Below are positions 52,130-64,000 of a stretch of 64,000 nucleotides of DNA, piece by piece; position 1 is the first letter of the stretch, and every line of letters starts with the position of its first letter. Below the pieces are notes generated by a model, which had not been told where the DNA came from, did not search any database, and saw nothing but the letters and a program-made list of their open reading frames with translations. The DNA lies in NCBI GenBank assembly GCA_043228905.1, contig JBHGNT010000008.1, positions 15,686,001 through 15,750,000 of the forward strand, in the 5' to 3' direction. The position numbers were made by a program, and so were the translations under genes. Source of the stretch: Azolla caroliniana. Lineage: Eukaryota; Plantae; Polypodiophyta.

Positions 52130-54380
52130 TATTTCTTATAATATACCAACGTCTGCATAGATGTTGTACATAGAGACAAATTCTCTAACTTATGATGTCT
52201 TGTAGGGGAAACCGTAGAAGAAATTTCTTTCAGCGTCAAGATTTCATGATCCTGCTTCTGGGATGATGGAATTTGCATTTCAACAACTTTATCCACCTCC
52301 CTTGAATTATTTTGAGAAGAAATATCCCTACCTTCTATCCGCACCATAGAAGTCAATTTAGGGGCCTCATCTGATCAACGAGGAAAATCCTTCCCAAAAT
52401 GCCCTAAATGTTTGCATATAAAACATTGATTTGGAAGCCCCTGATACAAAATCCTCTAGGATAACGACTCCTTATTTTCCTGCACATTCGGCAACAAAAC
52501 AGAAGATGGTGTCTTCATGACATGTGGTAATACGTTGTCGTGAAGATCCGTCACTACGTGCGGATCGTGAGGCAGAACCACCAAGGTCTTGGACCGGAAG
52601 GATTCCAAGTTTATACTAACTTTAGCGAGAAAGTATTTAAGCTAGATTGAGAGAGATTGATATGACGAAAGAGAGATATTAAGATAAAGATTGAACTTTT
52701 AACTTTTAGATTTAAGAGAGAAGATACATCAACAATAGGATTACAAGTTTCTTATTTTTCCCAAATATTCATTAGTTTTCTCTTTCTTGATTCCTCCACT
52801 CTTTTATAGATGCCCCCATGCATATGGTGCATGTGAGGGTGCAAGACATGCACGTAATGCATGCAATGCATGTTTGCCATGTCATCATCTAAGCTCTCAT
52901 GTATGAGAATTTACATGTAAAATGATCAAAGTAAAACTTTTGAAAATATGACTTGGCTTAGTGGTAAGCCTATTGACTTTCAACTTGGAAGTGCAATGTT
53001 CAAATTCTTACTTGCACCCCTTTGTATACAAATTTGTTTTTACTAGGCTTTTTAGTCTTGTTTTTACAAATGTTTAAGTGCATATTACACATTCACTTGA
53101 CCTCCAATGAACTAGACTATTTTGTTCGTTTCACATCAGAAAACTTCAAGACATCGTACGTCGCGATAAATTTTCCCGTCCAGTTCATCCAGTTCCTTCC
53201 GATCCGCATCCCAAGCCGGTTTCGTTGTCGTTCGGTCACTAGTACCAGTCCCGGTCCTATCGTCGTCCGATCACCGGTTCCGGTACTGTCACCATCCGGC
53301 CGTTGTCCGGTCATCAGTTCTATCGCCGTCTGGCCGCCGATTCCGTCGTCGTCCGTCCGTCTGGATCCGTCCAAAACAAATGGACTTGGCTGCATCCATT
53401 CGTCAAGTCATATAACTCAACCTTTCTATGCTCCAAACACATAAATATATTATGAAGAGGTATTGGTCGGCTTATATACTCTGGGATCCTTATTTGTCCT
53501 GTCTATGTGGGATACCTCACAATTTTGTTTTTCTCTTCTTCTTCGCAATCTTCATACCCACATAACTTGACACTTAGTTGTCCGTTTCTTATGTAGAAAA
53601 GTGCATTTGAAAGCTCTTGAAAACCTCCATCTTTTCGTACCAAGATATTAAACTTATTTAAAATAGTATCTTTACTATTATTGTTTCATATCTTGTGAGA
53701 AGAACCACCCTCGATTTTGTATGTTCCTCACAATTTTCACATTATCGCCGAAAATCTTCATGACAACGTTATGCCTAGGTGCCAAGATCCTCAGAGCTAG
53801 TGCTCCTCATATATGATCATCCTCTATCGATGCCTCATCTTTAATAGCTATTACTTCACCAGGAAGAGAGCCTATCTGAGGTAGCATTTGATGCCATTCT
53901 TTCTTCAATCCCGAGAAAATGGTTGTAAAGACCATATGTGCCTCTTTGTTCTATAGGATATCATCTACAAACCACATTATGAGTCCACTTGTAAAACAAT
54001 ATCCAAGCATCCTCAATGATGTATTATTGGTCTTCAACCGACGAGCAACAAAAGAAGGATCAATAAACTCCAACTGGTAACATCCTTTGCCCATGAATTG
54101 GATGTCCACAACATTGTTAATTTCTTCTGGGAAGTTCGCATACAACATACGACACAATTCATACATACTCAGCCTTTATCCTTCCATATGTGCCACTAGA
54201 GAGACCGCCTCTAGCCGATGTATTTCTGTCAACATTAAATTCCTATCTTAATCTGACAAGGAGAGTGAGACGAACCTACTTGAAATATGGGGAGAGGTGA
54301 TAGGCGGATCGAGGGGAGTTGCACTAGAACCCCCTTTGTGCATTGAATTAGGTGCCGCTCGTCGCTCTGCCATCACTGTT
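52130..54380 (-). mobile_element. Degenerate L1-type LINE ORF1, split by a solo LTR
   Basis: DIQFMGKGCYQLEF (DUF4283-like, 53951-54166) and GLPNQCFICKHLGHFGKD zinc knuckle (~52385-52445) lie on either side of the insertion. Confidence 0.65.
52536..53765. mobile_element. Solo-LTR-like insertion (~1.23 kb)
   Basis: TGTCGTGAAGAT...ATCTTCATGACA termini (11/12 inverted match, TG...CA); flanking ACGT duplication (52532-52535, 53766-53769); non-coding. Confidence 0.7.
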
Positions 54381-55289
54381 CTTTATCCTCAAGAATAGAC
54401 TTAGCACATTAAACATTAGGGGAAACTCTTAAGATTTCAAAAGCGGAAATAATTAACGATTAGTTAACCGTTGACAAAAAACAAAGGCCATGACACTTAA
54501 AATGTATAGAAGATTAATAGCCAACTGATGAGCATTTTACTTCTTCTTCTTTGCTTTTCATGATCTACATTAGAGTTTCTCTCGTCTCTCATTGATTATG
54601 TTAAGTGATTAACTCTAAGCATTGCATAGAACTTTTATTGACATTAATCTTGCTTAATTGTGGTGTGCATGTTCACTTTCTAATTATATTTCATTATATT
54701 TTAGCATGTTTAAGAGTTTCATTTAATTATTTCCTTAAGTATATGTACTTTTTAATTAAGTTAGTTTACTAAGAGAGCAAGGAGATATTATTTAACTTGA
54801 TGGCATGTAGCTTAGGGATCAATGATCACTCTTACCCCTCTTGCCAACAATAGGGTAGACGACAAGTTGTTATATACATACAACTTTGGATGAGATTAAG
54901 ATGTGTGTTTAGTGTAACAAATCTACAATCAACACATTCGATTTGGCATTGTTGGCAAGAACCAAGATCATCACTTGAAGCTATTGTTGAGCTTTCAATA
55001 ACTTCCTAAAGCATTGACTAAGTGAGTAAACAAACTAACTAAAAGGAATAGCCATGTTTGACCAAAAGGAGATGAACGATGGGCTAAACTAAATAGTTGT
55101 GCGACTAACACCCAAAAATCTTTTGCAATTGATTAGTTTTTAATTATTTTTTGTGTTGTTATTTTTTCTTTATCATAACTTTTCTGTCTAATTATTTGAT
55201 TCTCCCACTCACCATGTACTTGTCAAGAGTTAAAATATAAAAGGTTAAAATAATAAAGTGAGCGTAACCACAACAAACTCGAGGATGAT

Positions 55290-57800
55290 TAAATTCAATC
55301 AATAATAAAGTTTTACAATAGTTAACCCTTCTTCATATAGTGACAAATATTAAGTTAAAGATGAATATTGGGGTGATATCCTTGAGTTTCAATGTGGCGA
55401 GTCTACGGTAAATGGTATCATGGATCGAACTAAGGATGAACAAGTATTAAGAGATTTATGGAGAATGAGGATTAAGGGTGTTAACCACACCAACCTCTCC
55501 CAAGCAAATGACATGAGACAAACATAAAATACCATTGATGTCCCATACCACCAACTATTACCTTAAGTAAACGATCCAAAGAAGATAGCTAAGCATCACC
55601 AATAGAGTCTCAACAACATCTCAATATGTCATAATGAAGGGGTTAGCTAGTTCTTTTATATAGCTCAACACTGAAGGCTCCCAAACCACCACATGTTCCC
55701 ATGTGTCATAGGTCTATATGGGTTTGTCCAAAATCTTAAGATTATCAGTTTCCTAATTATCCTACCTTAACCCATTAAAATTATCTATAGAATTGATCTG
55801 TGAGGTTATGCTTATAACACGCTCTTGTTTCAAAAGCATTGCACTCTCGCAATGACAAATCAAAATTAGGAAAGCTAGATTTATGCACATGATCTTTCTC
55901 CCGAGTGGCAATGTGTACAGTTCAATCCAACCATTAGTTTTGAATTCTCGTATGTGTTTACATCTCAAAAGTTTAGTTTGAGAAACGATTTTTTTTCCAG
56001 TAAATGAGGTTTAAAAAGACAAATCCTCATGAGTTACCATTTTTTTATGGTTACTGTTTTGTCGTTGGAACCCAAAAGTTTTTTGAGGTGACTAACATGG
56101 AAAACAAGATAAACATCGAGACCATCAAGAGGATCGGACTAATAGCCTGATGAACGAATGCACTTTTAAATTGTCAAAGGTCCATGATATATTGAAGTTA
56201 ATGTAAAACACTTACGTGTAGATAAAGTTTTGGAATTAAGAGGTATAAGCAAGAAGACTTTATTCACCAGGGTTATGGACATGAGGATGCCTACTATGAT
56301 TGGCATAAAAATGTGTTCTATCTTGAGCAATCTTAATGTTATCTCATGCAATATGTGTTTATTTTTTTTGCAATTTTCTAAGATTATTATTATTTACATA
56401 TTCTCACTCACAACTAATAACCATGTACATCAACATTTAGTACATTTAGAGCTTTTATAAACAAACTCTAATAAAAGGAGGTACTGTTTCCATTTTGTAG
56501 GCTTCTTCGCCACATAAGCTCGAAGCATATCCACAATAATTTGATTGACTTGTTTACTTTGACCATCAAATTGAGATTGATCTAAGGAACTCTTACTCAA
56601 AGTATTTTCCAACTTCTTAAAGATGAAGATCTAAAAATCTACCATAAACTTTGAATCTCTATCACCGACTACATCCATTGATAACCATAAAATTGAAATA
56701 ATTACCAACAATTGGTAAAACAATTCATGAGTTGTTACCATAGTTTTAGTTTGCATGAACTTGGCTAGTTTTGTTAGTCAATCAACAATAACCTACATAC
56801 AGTCACGACCTCTTTGTGTTCGAAGCAAGTTAGCAATAAAATATATAGATATACTTTCCCATTTATTTTTAGGAATATCCAAGGGATGCAAAAGACTAGA
56901 AAACTTCATGTCACTTAACCTTATTCACCTAACATTGCAAACATTCTATTACATAGTTTTGCATGCATTCATAATTTAGGCCACAAAAATTTGTAGAGTT
57001 TAGAGCAAATGTTTGATGTATTCCAAAGTGCTTGATTAAATTTTTTTCTTTACTTGAGGGAGATTTGGAACACAAACCTCTCCATTGCAATCGAGTTGAC
57101 CATTAGAAATGTGACGTTGTCTTCAAGGGTATTGGTGATTTTAGTGGAATCTTTACTAGATTTAGTTCTCATGTAGTATCTTTTGACAAAGCTGTCATGA
57201 ATGTATTTCCCTTGAAGTTGATCAAATATATCCAATTTTAATTCAATGAAGCCAAGCATGTGACTTTGTGCTTTGAAGTATAATCATCCCTCGTTAAGAA
57301 GGAGACATCCATCAAGCAAACTTGTGTACATAGGTTCCATGGATTGTGATATTGGCATTTCCATGGACACTAAAATGGCTAATCTAATATAACTACACGA
57401 GGCACACTTCATCTCACTCAAATATGAGGGACCCAACTCATTAATGCAACTCATTCACACACCCCATCACACTACTCATGGTTTAGCAACTCCTCCCCCA
57501 TCCTCATCATTATTTAGGAAGCATCGACTCACAATGTCTTCACGTGCTTCAACTCTACCAAGCTCCATCAACGCTTAATTGACCACTTCAATGTACAACA
57601 CGTTCTTCACCCTAAGTTGGACAAGGTGGGTGGCTCGATAACCTCTTGGATAACCCATATGCAACTCCAATCCTCCTTAGTGATCATACCTTCAAGGCAC
57701 CCGACCCGTTATCATAAATGCGACCCTCCTCGTTGGGGCTTGGACTTTGACCTAAATCACGGGATCATACTTTGATTTTGTGTTTAAGTACCCCTTTGAC
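55290..57800 (-). mobile_element. Highly degenerate Ty3/gypsy integrase region with LTR-like flanks
   Basis: Minus-strand remnants VVGDRDSKF (~56650-56680) and SQFDGQSKQVNQIIVDMLRAYV..WKQYLLLLEFVY (56430-56612); boundaries approximate. Confidence 0.6.
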
Positions 57801-58376
57801 ATGATTGATATTAGACGTGTCCACCTTTGTGCAAAACTTGGTCAACACCTTCGTCGCTTAACTCCTTACGTCGTACTTCATTGTCTATCACTTTTATGCC
57901 AATAACCCCTCACTCTTCATATGGTTCATAAAGCTCTTACAAGAGAAACGCATCACACTCATTCCCATATTTTGCCTCTACAAATATCTTTTTCCACCCA
58001 TACCCTCAAACACCAACAAATTGCCTACCTCCTTTGCCCATCATATTCCTTGCACTTCCAATCATGCACTACCTCTTTTTCCAGAGTCAGGGGTCTTGAG
58101 TTCTAGAGTTTTGGTCGGACATTCGGAATCGTATGAGAAGAGTTTGGTTGTTCATAATTGTTTGCACACAAGTGAGCACTCTGACTACTGAGTCTATTAA
58201 ACGCATATATGATCCAAAATATGAACGAGAAAGAAGAGAAAGATATATTAACGTCTTCGAAGGCCAAAAATTGGCCCGTGAGACAATTGGTTTTACAACA
58301 AAATTGGGTGTTTACCCCAATGATAAAAAAAAATAAAAAAATAAAAAAAGAACTTAAGCTAAAATAAAATAAAAAT

Positions 58377-58378
<2 letters not shown>

Positions 58379-58426
<48 letters not shown>

Positions 58427-58520
58427 CTTGGGTTCGATTCCCACTCTCCACAATATCAATACATACATACATATTCTCTCTCTCTCTCTCTCTCTCTCAT
58501 TCTCTTTCTCTCTTTCTCTC
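58379..58520. repeat. (GA)n and (CT)n microsatellites in the promoter/5' leader of the AFG1-like gene
   Basis: GA run at 58379-58423 and CT runs at 58475-58520. Confidence 0.9.
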
Positions 58521-58617
58521 TCCTCCCCTGTCAAGAGGATCTCTGCTTTCTCTGCGTTCTCTGTCTGCCTGTCTGTCTCCGCCATTGTTTTTATAGTATT
58601 CTTTGATCGTGTTGACC

Positions 58618-61600
58618 ATGAGAAGAGCTCGCCATCATGTTCTCACCTCCTCCTGCCGATGTAAATTCTTCTTCACACCTTCCGGCGTCGCCACAGATCA
58701 TCAACACCCATACCTCTCCCCCCCCCCTCCCCCTCACACAACCCACACCAGACTCTTTGATCCCTGCTCTCCAAAAATCCATCGCTTCATCAGCTCAGGT
58801 CATTATATATACACTTACACATGGATATTCTTTTCATAAATACATACACGCACACATAATATGCATATATATGTACATCTTCCAATAATCTTTGACACAC
58901 ACACACATATCTTCCCATTTTGTCGTCACACACATATCATACACACACATATCTACTCCTACATGTACATAGTTTTGATTTTCTTTCATGGTCTGTCTTT
59001 CCATCTTATTAAGACATCATCAATTCTGGTGGCATAATAGGATCTCGTCCAGCTCTTGTGAGTGAGCAGAGGGTGTACATCCCTGCAGATGGGGGAGATC
59101 ATCCACCTGGCCCTCTCTTTCAATACGAACGAAAGGTTGTGTCTGGCAACCTTATGGCTGGAGATCAAAACCAGGTAAATTTGAGTAATGCGCAATGGAT
59201 AGGAATCGTGGCTGGACATACCTGGAATCATGACTTTTTTTAATAGAGATACAGTTAAGCTGCATTTAAGTGTGGATGAGTTACATTAGTTGGGTATTTT
59301 AGTAATGGGTGAGAGATAAGATGGTTAGGTTTCATAGCAATCATTACTTTTCAGTGAAGACGAGTTAAAAGGTTTTTCCAGTAATAGTTAAAAGATGAGA
59401 TGTTTATAATTGAATAATAATCATTGTGATTTTACGACAGATGAATTGATGGATTTGTTTTTCTTTTGAGTAATAAAGGTTGAGAGAAGAGTGATTTAGA
59501 ATGGATTAGAATAATGACTTTTGCTTTTTTCTTTGAATGGAGATCAGTTAAGTCATTTGATTTTTTTGTGGATTGCATTATAGGTGGAATCATTAAGAGC
59601 TCTCCAGTCTATCTATGATCAACTTGTTGAGAATGCTACATCCATGAGTCTTGATGGTTCATCTCATGCTGTTGAGAGCAGGTGAATTCTTATGATATTG
59701 AACAATCATATTTATAGTTTGATTTAAATGTTAACGAAGAAAACTTAGATGCATCTAGTGCATATGGTATTCAAGTAAGTTTAGGCTTATGAAAGTTTTA
59801 AATGACTTCTCTTCCATCACGGTAAACTGCCCATTATCCAGCTGCAGAAGCTTTAGCAAGCTCATCAATATTTTTCGTCATTGTAGGTGCGTGAGTTTGC
59901 CAATTATCAAAAATTTGGTACCCTTATCTTTTCAGGGAACTCAGCTCTTATCCACCTTGGTGCTATACATTATAATAACACGTTTCCCTTTCTTGGCAAT
60001 CCAGTATGGGTCTCAAGGATCAATGATAGGAAGACTTTATTGGAGCCTTGTCATTTAATATTTATTTACTGTTTTCTTGCTGAGCTATAATTTTACATCC
60101 ATCCCTATCTTCAGGAATTCACTGGGAGATATGCAGCATCTCTGTCATCGTAAATTTTGATGGTTGATACAGTTTCCTTGTTTTAATTTTACAGTCTATG
60201 CCTTGGCTGCTTGAGTATGCTCATGAACCCCATGAATTTGCCCCGGATTTCATCCATTTATTTTTTATTCATCATGTGCTTAACTTGAATCTTACTGTCC
60301 CATCTCCTAACTCGTCAATGTTTACAAAAAGGAAATCCTCCATGGGCTCATTGCCCAAACTTTGATGTGAATAGTTGTTTGAGTGGTGTATTAGGAGCAA
60401 GGGTATATGATTTCTTGGTACACGTTAGCTAAGAAAAATAGTTAGTTCATAAGGAGAATCCCTCTTTGCAAACCCTTTGGTGCAATGTACCAATTCTAGT
60501 ATCTCATGCATCACTTGTTCAGGTCAAGGAGAAGATATTAGAAAGTGTTGAGGGGGCTGAGAAACAATGTGAACATGGGCATCAAATAAGACAAAGAAAA
60601 GGGAAGGGCAATGATCAACCTGAGAGAAGTAAAATAAAATGTCATATGAACATCTGCATTTGACCAAGATGACCTATGAAACAAAAGTTACAACCATCAT
60701 CTAATGTTTAAATTGTTAGATATAAGCTAAAGAAAAAAGAACCCTACAGCTGAACAAAAGCATTCAGAGACACTGTATGAGGTAGAAGCATTATTACTGG
60801 AGAGAATAACATGCCTCAAAAGTGGAAGGAGTTTTGTCAAGACAAAGTGTTATTTTTATTCCTCTTCTATGGCATGTTCTTATAATGAACTTATATATAT
60901 AAATTTTAGATTTTTACTTCCTCTTCCGGATTGCTTGAAATCAGGCAAGGAGTTATTTGATTGCCATTGTGGAACTGACGAGATTAAATGATTCCTAAAC
61001 CTGAGGAGCCAAGGCCGATCGGTGCATAGGTTTATGAAAATTTTGTGCCTTAAGCCACTTTAGCTCAGGCCGTATTTAGTCAATATAGGTTAGGTTAGTT
61101 GCTTTTAAAGTCACCTAAAGCTATATGTGAGTGGGCTAACATATGTTTTTAAAGAGGTGATGCTCTGCAGCATGATAGGACAAACCATTTTTGATAAAGA
61201 ACTCAAAATTCAGCTTCAAAACTGATGGTGAGTCACATTTGAGAGTGGGGAAATCTGCAGGTATTATAGTGGAATTCTCTATTTCCTACTATGTTGAGTG
61301 GAGAATACCTCGGAAGCTCCATGCAGGTTTTAGTTGCTAAAATAGGCTTGAAATGCTGGCTATGTTTTTAGGGTTTGGGCTCCATCGTATTATATCCTCT
61401 TCTATTAATTATCAGTAAAGAAATGCTGAAAGGGGTGTCAACTTCCTTGTGCATGAGCAATCTGGCTTCTTGATTTGAAATTAAGTGACAGTGTGTCCAA
61501 ACTCTCAAGGAGCTGTTCTTCATTTATACAAGATTCCTCATTGAAATTTGAGCTAAATTTCTCTCTTTGGTGTTTTACTGCCCTCTGGAATTTTGACATG

Positions 61601-64000
61601 CCAATTTCAATAATGGATATAGATATAGAGATCCTAGACCTAAGGGTATACAAAGGAGGATAGAGATCTGTGTGAATATATAACATCAGTGGGAGACTAG
61701 TGATGCTCATCAAGGTTGCTATCACCTCTGAGGTGGAATCATTTTGATGACTGGAATTTTCGGGATGTAGCAGACTAGTCCACATGTGCATACTAAATGC
61801 TCACTTCCATTTATATAAATTACTTACAGCTATCTATTTCTCTCTCTCTCTCTATGTGTGTGTGTGTGTGTTTGCATGCATAGAGTTATATACATATGTA
61901 TGTGTATATTTATGTCCACAAAGGCACCAACTTGCTGGCACAGGTACCCCGCTATATCTGCATACAGGATTGTTATTGCACTTGTCTTTTCTTATGCTTT
62001 TGGTAATAATATTGACTTCTGGTGTGTATTAATTTTAACAGTAAAACGTGAGCATATCAAAGAAACTACCATAAAACAACTAAATCTAGCATGAAGCCAT
62101 AGATTTACTAGAGATCAGTTATTGTCTGACAGGAAATTGCATCTAAGAATTTCTTGCTCAATGAAATAATATAAGACTCTATGTTCTTTAGCATACAAGT
62201 GGCAGGCATGTATTTTCTTGAAACAGGCAACGGAGCTGGTTCTGGAAGAGCTTTATATCTGGACATCAAAGCTCATTGGGGCCATCTGTTCGTGGACTTT
62301 ATCTGTATGGTGGAGTTGGAACTGGAAAAACCATGCTGATGGACCTTTTTTATGAAGAGCTGTAAGGAAATAAGTAGACAATCTCTTTTAGTTTAGTTGG
62401 GGTATGTACCCTTGTCGTCCACCTAATCCATTGCATGGCAGACCTGAAACATGGAGAAAAAGGAGGACACATTTTCATGATTTTATGCTGAATGTGCATA
62501 GTCGCCTACAAGTAAGAGAATCCTTGTTCTTTCATCATCTTTCCATTTATCTCATTAAGTGAGGAAGTCACATATCTCTCTCTACAATATTTCAGAAACA
62601 GAGGGTAATGGAAGATCCATTAGAAGTTGTAGCAGAGGAACTTGCGAAAGAATCTGTCCTACTATGCTTGGATGAGTTTATGGTATGTTTTCCTGGAGGT
62701 AATTTATCAAAGTTGCTCTTGTAGGACATACGGTTCTGATCTATTTGCTAGGCTTGAAGTTATTAGCTACCCTGCATAATCACAAATGATTGGGTAAATA
62801 TGATATTGAATAAGCGTGATAGTTTATAGTATATACCTTTTGTTATGAAGAAAATGTAAAGCTGGTCTAACCATTATTGAAAACGTCCCTAGCCTTCATA
62901 GGCAAAAGTTTATTAATGAAGAATTCATATTTCTCTGAGGATACTTTTTTATCTACCTTCACTTGGCTCCTCTTGATTGTTTAATGCTTTGCATATTATG
63001 AAACAACACAAAGAAAGTCTTAGTGCCAAACTTTGATGTATTAAAAGCATGCAGGCAGCATCTTTTATGCATAGTGTTTTACTGAGGATTGCTGGAATAC
63101 CCTGAATACAACGAAGCCATATGTTTTAAGTTTATTTCCAAAGATATGCATATTGCCTTGTTGTGTCACAGGTAACAGATGTTGCAGACGCCCTCATCTT
63201 GAACAGATTATTTGGGTATTTGTTCAGGAAAGGCACTGTAAGGAATCTTCTTAGTTGATATTCAGTTAATGAAGAAAACATTTCAGCACATTAGAATGTT
63301 TTCTTGTATTTTCGTGGTTCAGGTTCTGGTTACAACTTCAAACAGGCCGCCTGATAAGTTGTATGAAGGTGGCCTTCAGAGAGACTTGTTTTTACCATTC
63401 ATTGCTTTGCTAAAGGTATAGGTCTAACCTTCTCTTACCGTGGAAAACATCTTCGTTTGTGAATAATACAAGTTATGAAACTCTTTCGCTCTTACTATTG
63501 TAGGAACGTTGTGTTGTACATGCCATTGGTTCTTCCATTGATTACAGAAAACTGAATGCGGTAAGTTCTTGCGTACGTGCATTATTCGGAGCTTATGTTT
63601 AACAATAAGGAGTCAATAAGTTCAAAGATTGATCGATCGTGTGTTTGTGGACTGTCCCATGGCTTTAGACTTAGGGAATACCTATGCATGGTACATGATG
63701 CGCTAGCTGGCCTAAGTCTATGTATAAACCACGGCCATTAATTGATTGGTCAATATCTGGCGTCATTGACTCCATTAGTTCACACATATGCTTATAATAA
63801 TGTGTCTTTTTAGTTAATGAATGCAAGAAGAATCCTCGAACCTTACCAATCTGACACTCGTATATGATGCTGATAGTTTGAAGAAGGTTTCTACTTTTTT
63901 GGGCAAGGATCTTCTCAGTTACTCAGGGATAAGTTCCAGTTGATAACTGATGGTAACCTTGCGAAGCCAACATCAGTAGAGGTTGTAATGGGGCGAAAGC
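58618..64000 (+). CDS. AFG1: AFG1/ZapE (LACE1)-family AAA+ ATPase, probably mitochondrial; multi-exon, continues beyond the window
   Basis: Exons 58618-58798, 59041-59174, 59584-59681, 62227-62361, 62442-62511, 62596-62682, 63172-63237, 63323-63415, 63504-63560, 63877->64000. Walker [27 protein letters not shown], Walker [35 protein letters not shown]; Arg/Ser-rich N-terminus. Confidence 0.95.

Noticed and set aside
59700-62220. ORFs in the long third intron of the AFG1-like gene
   Set aside because: Short and motif-less; the flanking exons splice in phase without them.

Overview
Repeat-rich nuclear DNA from a land plant; the short introns, CT/GA-rich leaders and PLS-PPR remnants suggest a fern or other seed-free vascular plant, but the taxon cannot be fixed from sequence. 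Two host genes bracket the window: a many-exon P2B Ca2+-ATPase (ACA; minus strand, at least 21 exons from 21600 to 779, running off the left edge) and an AFG1/ZapE-family AAA+ ATPase (plus strand from 58618, running off the right edge). Between and inside them lie transposons: one intact Ty1/copia (46424-51920, ATACA TSD), a nested copia-in-copia, solo LTRs, two hAT-type elements with 8-bp TSDs, and LINE and gypsy remnants. The standout is an ~11-kb island at ~24-34.8 kb. It holds an intron-containing gene for a prokaryotic-type beta-class amino (N6-adenine/N4-cytosine) DNA methyltransferase with all motifs in order (DIPY ... W-x-K ... NPYQKP ... DLFSGTGTT). Beside it are a 167-bp satellite array dense in AGTACT/GTAC palindromes with an internal fold-back inversion, an array of the palindrome TAGCTAATTAGCTA, a spliced RING-H2 pseudogene and a CACTA-like end. 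I interpret this as a possible large DNA transposon carrying its own DNA amino-methyltransferase; that interpretation is inference. All coordinates were read by hand and may be off by a few bases.
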